From NCBI GenBank assembly GCA_030390025.1, contig CM059447.1, positions 9,548,001 to 9,612,000 on the forward strand: DNA of 64,000 bases, given 5' to 3'. Numbering within the stretch: the first letter of the stretch is position 1; every line of letters begins with the position of its first letter. The stretch is from Squalus acanthias. Taxonomy: Eukaryota. The notes under the pieces were generated by a model. The model searched no databases and was not told where the DNA came from. It saw only the letters and a program-made list of their open reading frames with translations. Shown piece by piece: positions 63,752-64,000 of the stretch. A program made the translations under genes and the position numbers.

Positions 63752-64000
63752 CATACAGACAAGGAAAATCCCAAGTTCAATCCCGGGTCTGCGCTGAGTT
63801 AACAGATCACAGTCAGGACAGCAACAACAGTACAGTACCACAATAGGCTGTGTGCGCCCTGGCACGAGGGAGAGACAAAATAGCCAGGGTTCCCACTCGC
63901 CATCCAGTTACCTGAGAAAGTGCATGTATGCGATGCTGGGCGAGTAGTGGAGTGGGTTCAGCTGTAAACGCTCCCCGTTCCCTCCCATGCCAGAGGAGTC
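63752..64000 (+). mobile_element. SINE family B (runs off the window end)
   Basis: catacagacaaggaaaatcccaagttcaatcccgggtctgcgctgagtta...agccagggttcccactc. Confidence 0.65.

Overview
Eukaryotic, AT-rich, CpG-depleted vertebrate DNA. The repeat landscape (CR1 and L2 LINEs, DeuSINE/SacSINE1-like and other tRNA-derived SINEs, Penelope-derived palindromic insertions, Harbinger and hAT MITEs) is typical of a cartilaginous fish (shark); this assignment is inference. The window appears to lie in the very large 5' introns of cytohesin-1 (CYTH1) on the minus strand. The 83-nt coding exon 2 (6756-6674, VPADLTQEEEVELENIRQRKQELLADIQ) is clear, and an alternative first coding exon (46939-46912, MVLNTEGGV) is in phase with it. 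I did not find the canonical MEEDDSY-type first exon or exon 3 onward, so they are presumably outside the window. Almost all ORFs in the supplied track are transposon remnants or chance ORFs. Most notable: (i) several further phase-compatible candidate N-terminal or cassette exons for CYTH1; (ii) intact minimal hammerhead ribozyme motifs in Penelope-derived mini-insertions, two of them in the CYTH1 sense orientation; (iii) a nested fossil Harbinger transposon (Myb/SANT plus transposase genes); (iv) inverted CpG-rich, CRE-bearing MITEs bracketing the alternative exons; (v) repeat-free stretches with exon-like, protein-like but broken frames. Repeat family names come from recalled consensus features, not from a database search, and repeat boundaries are approximate.
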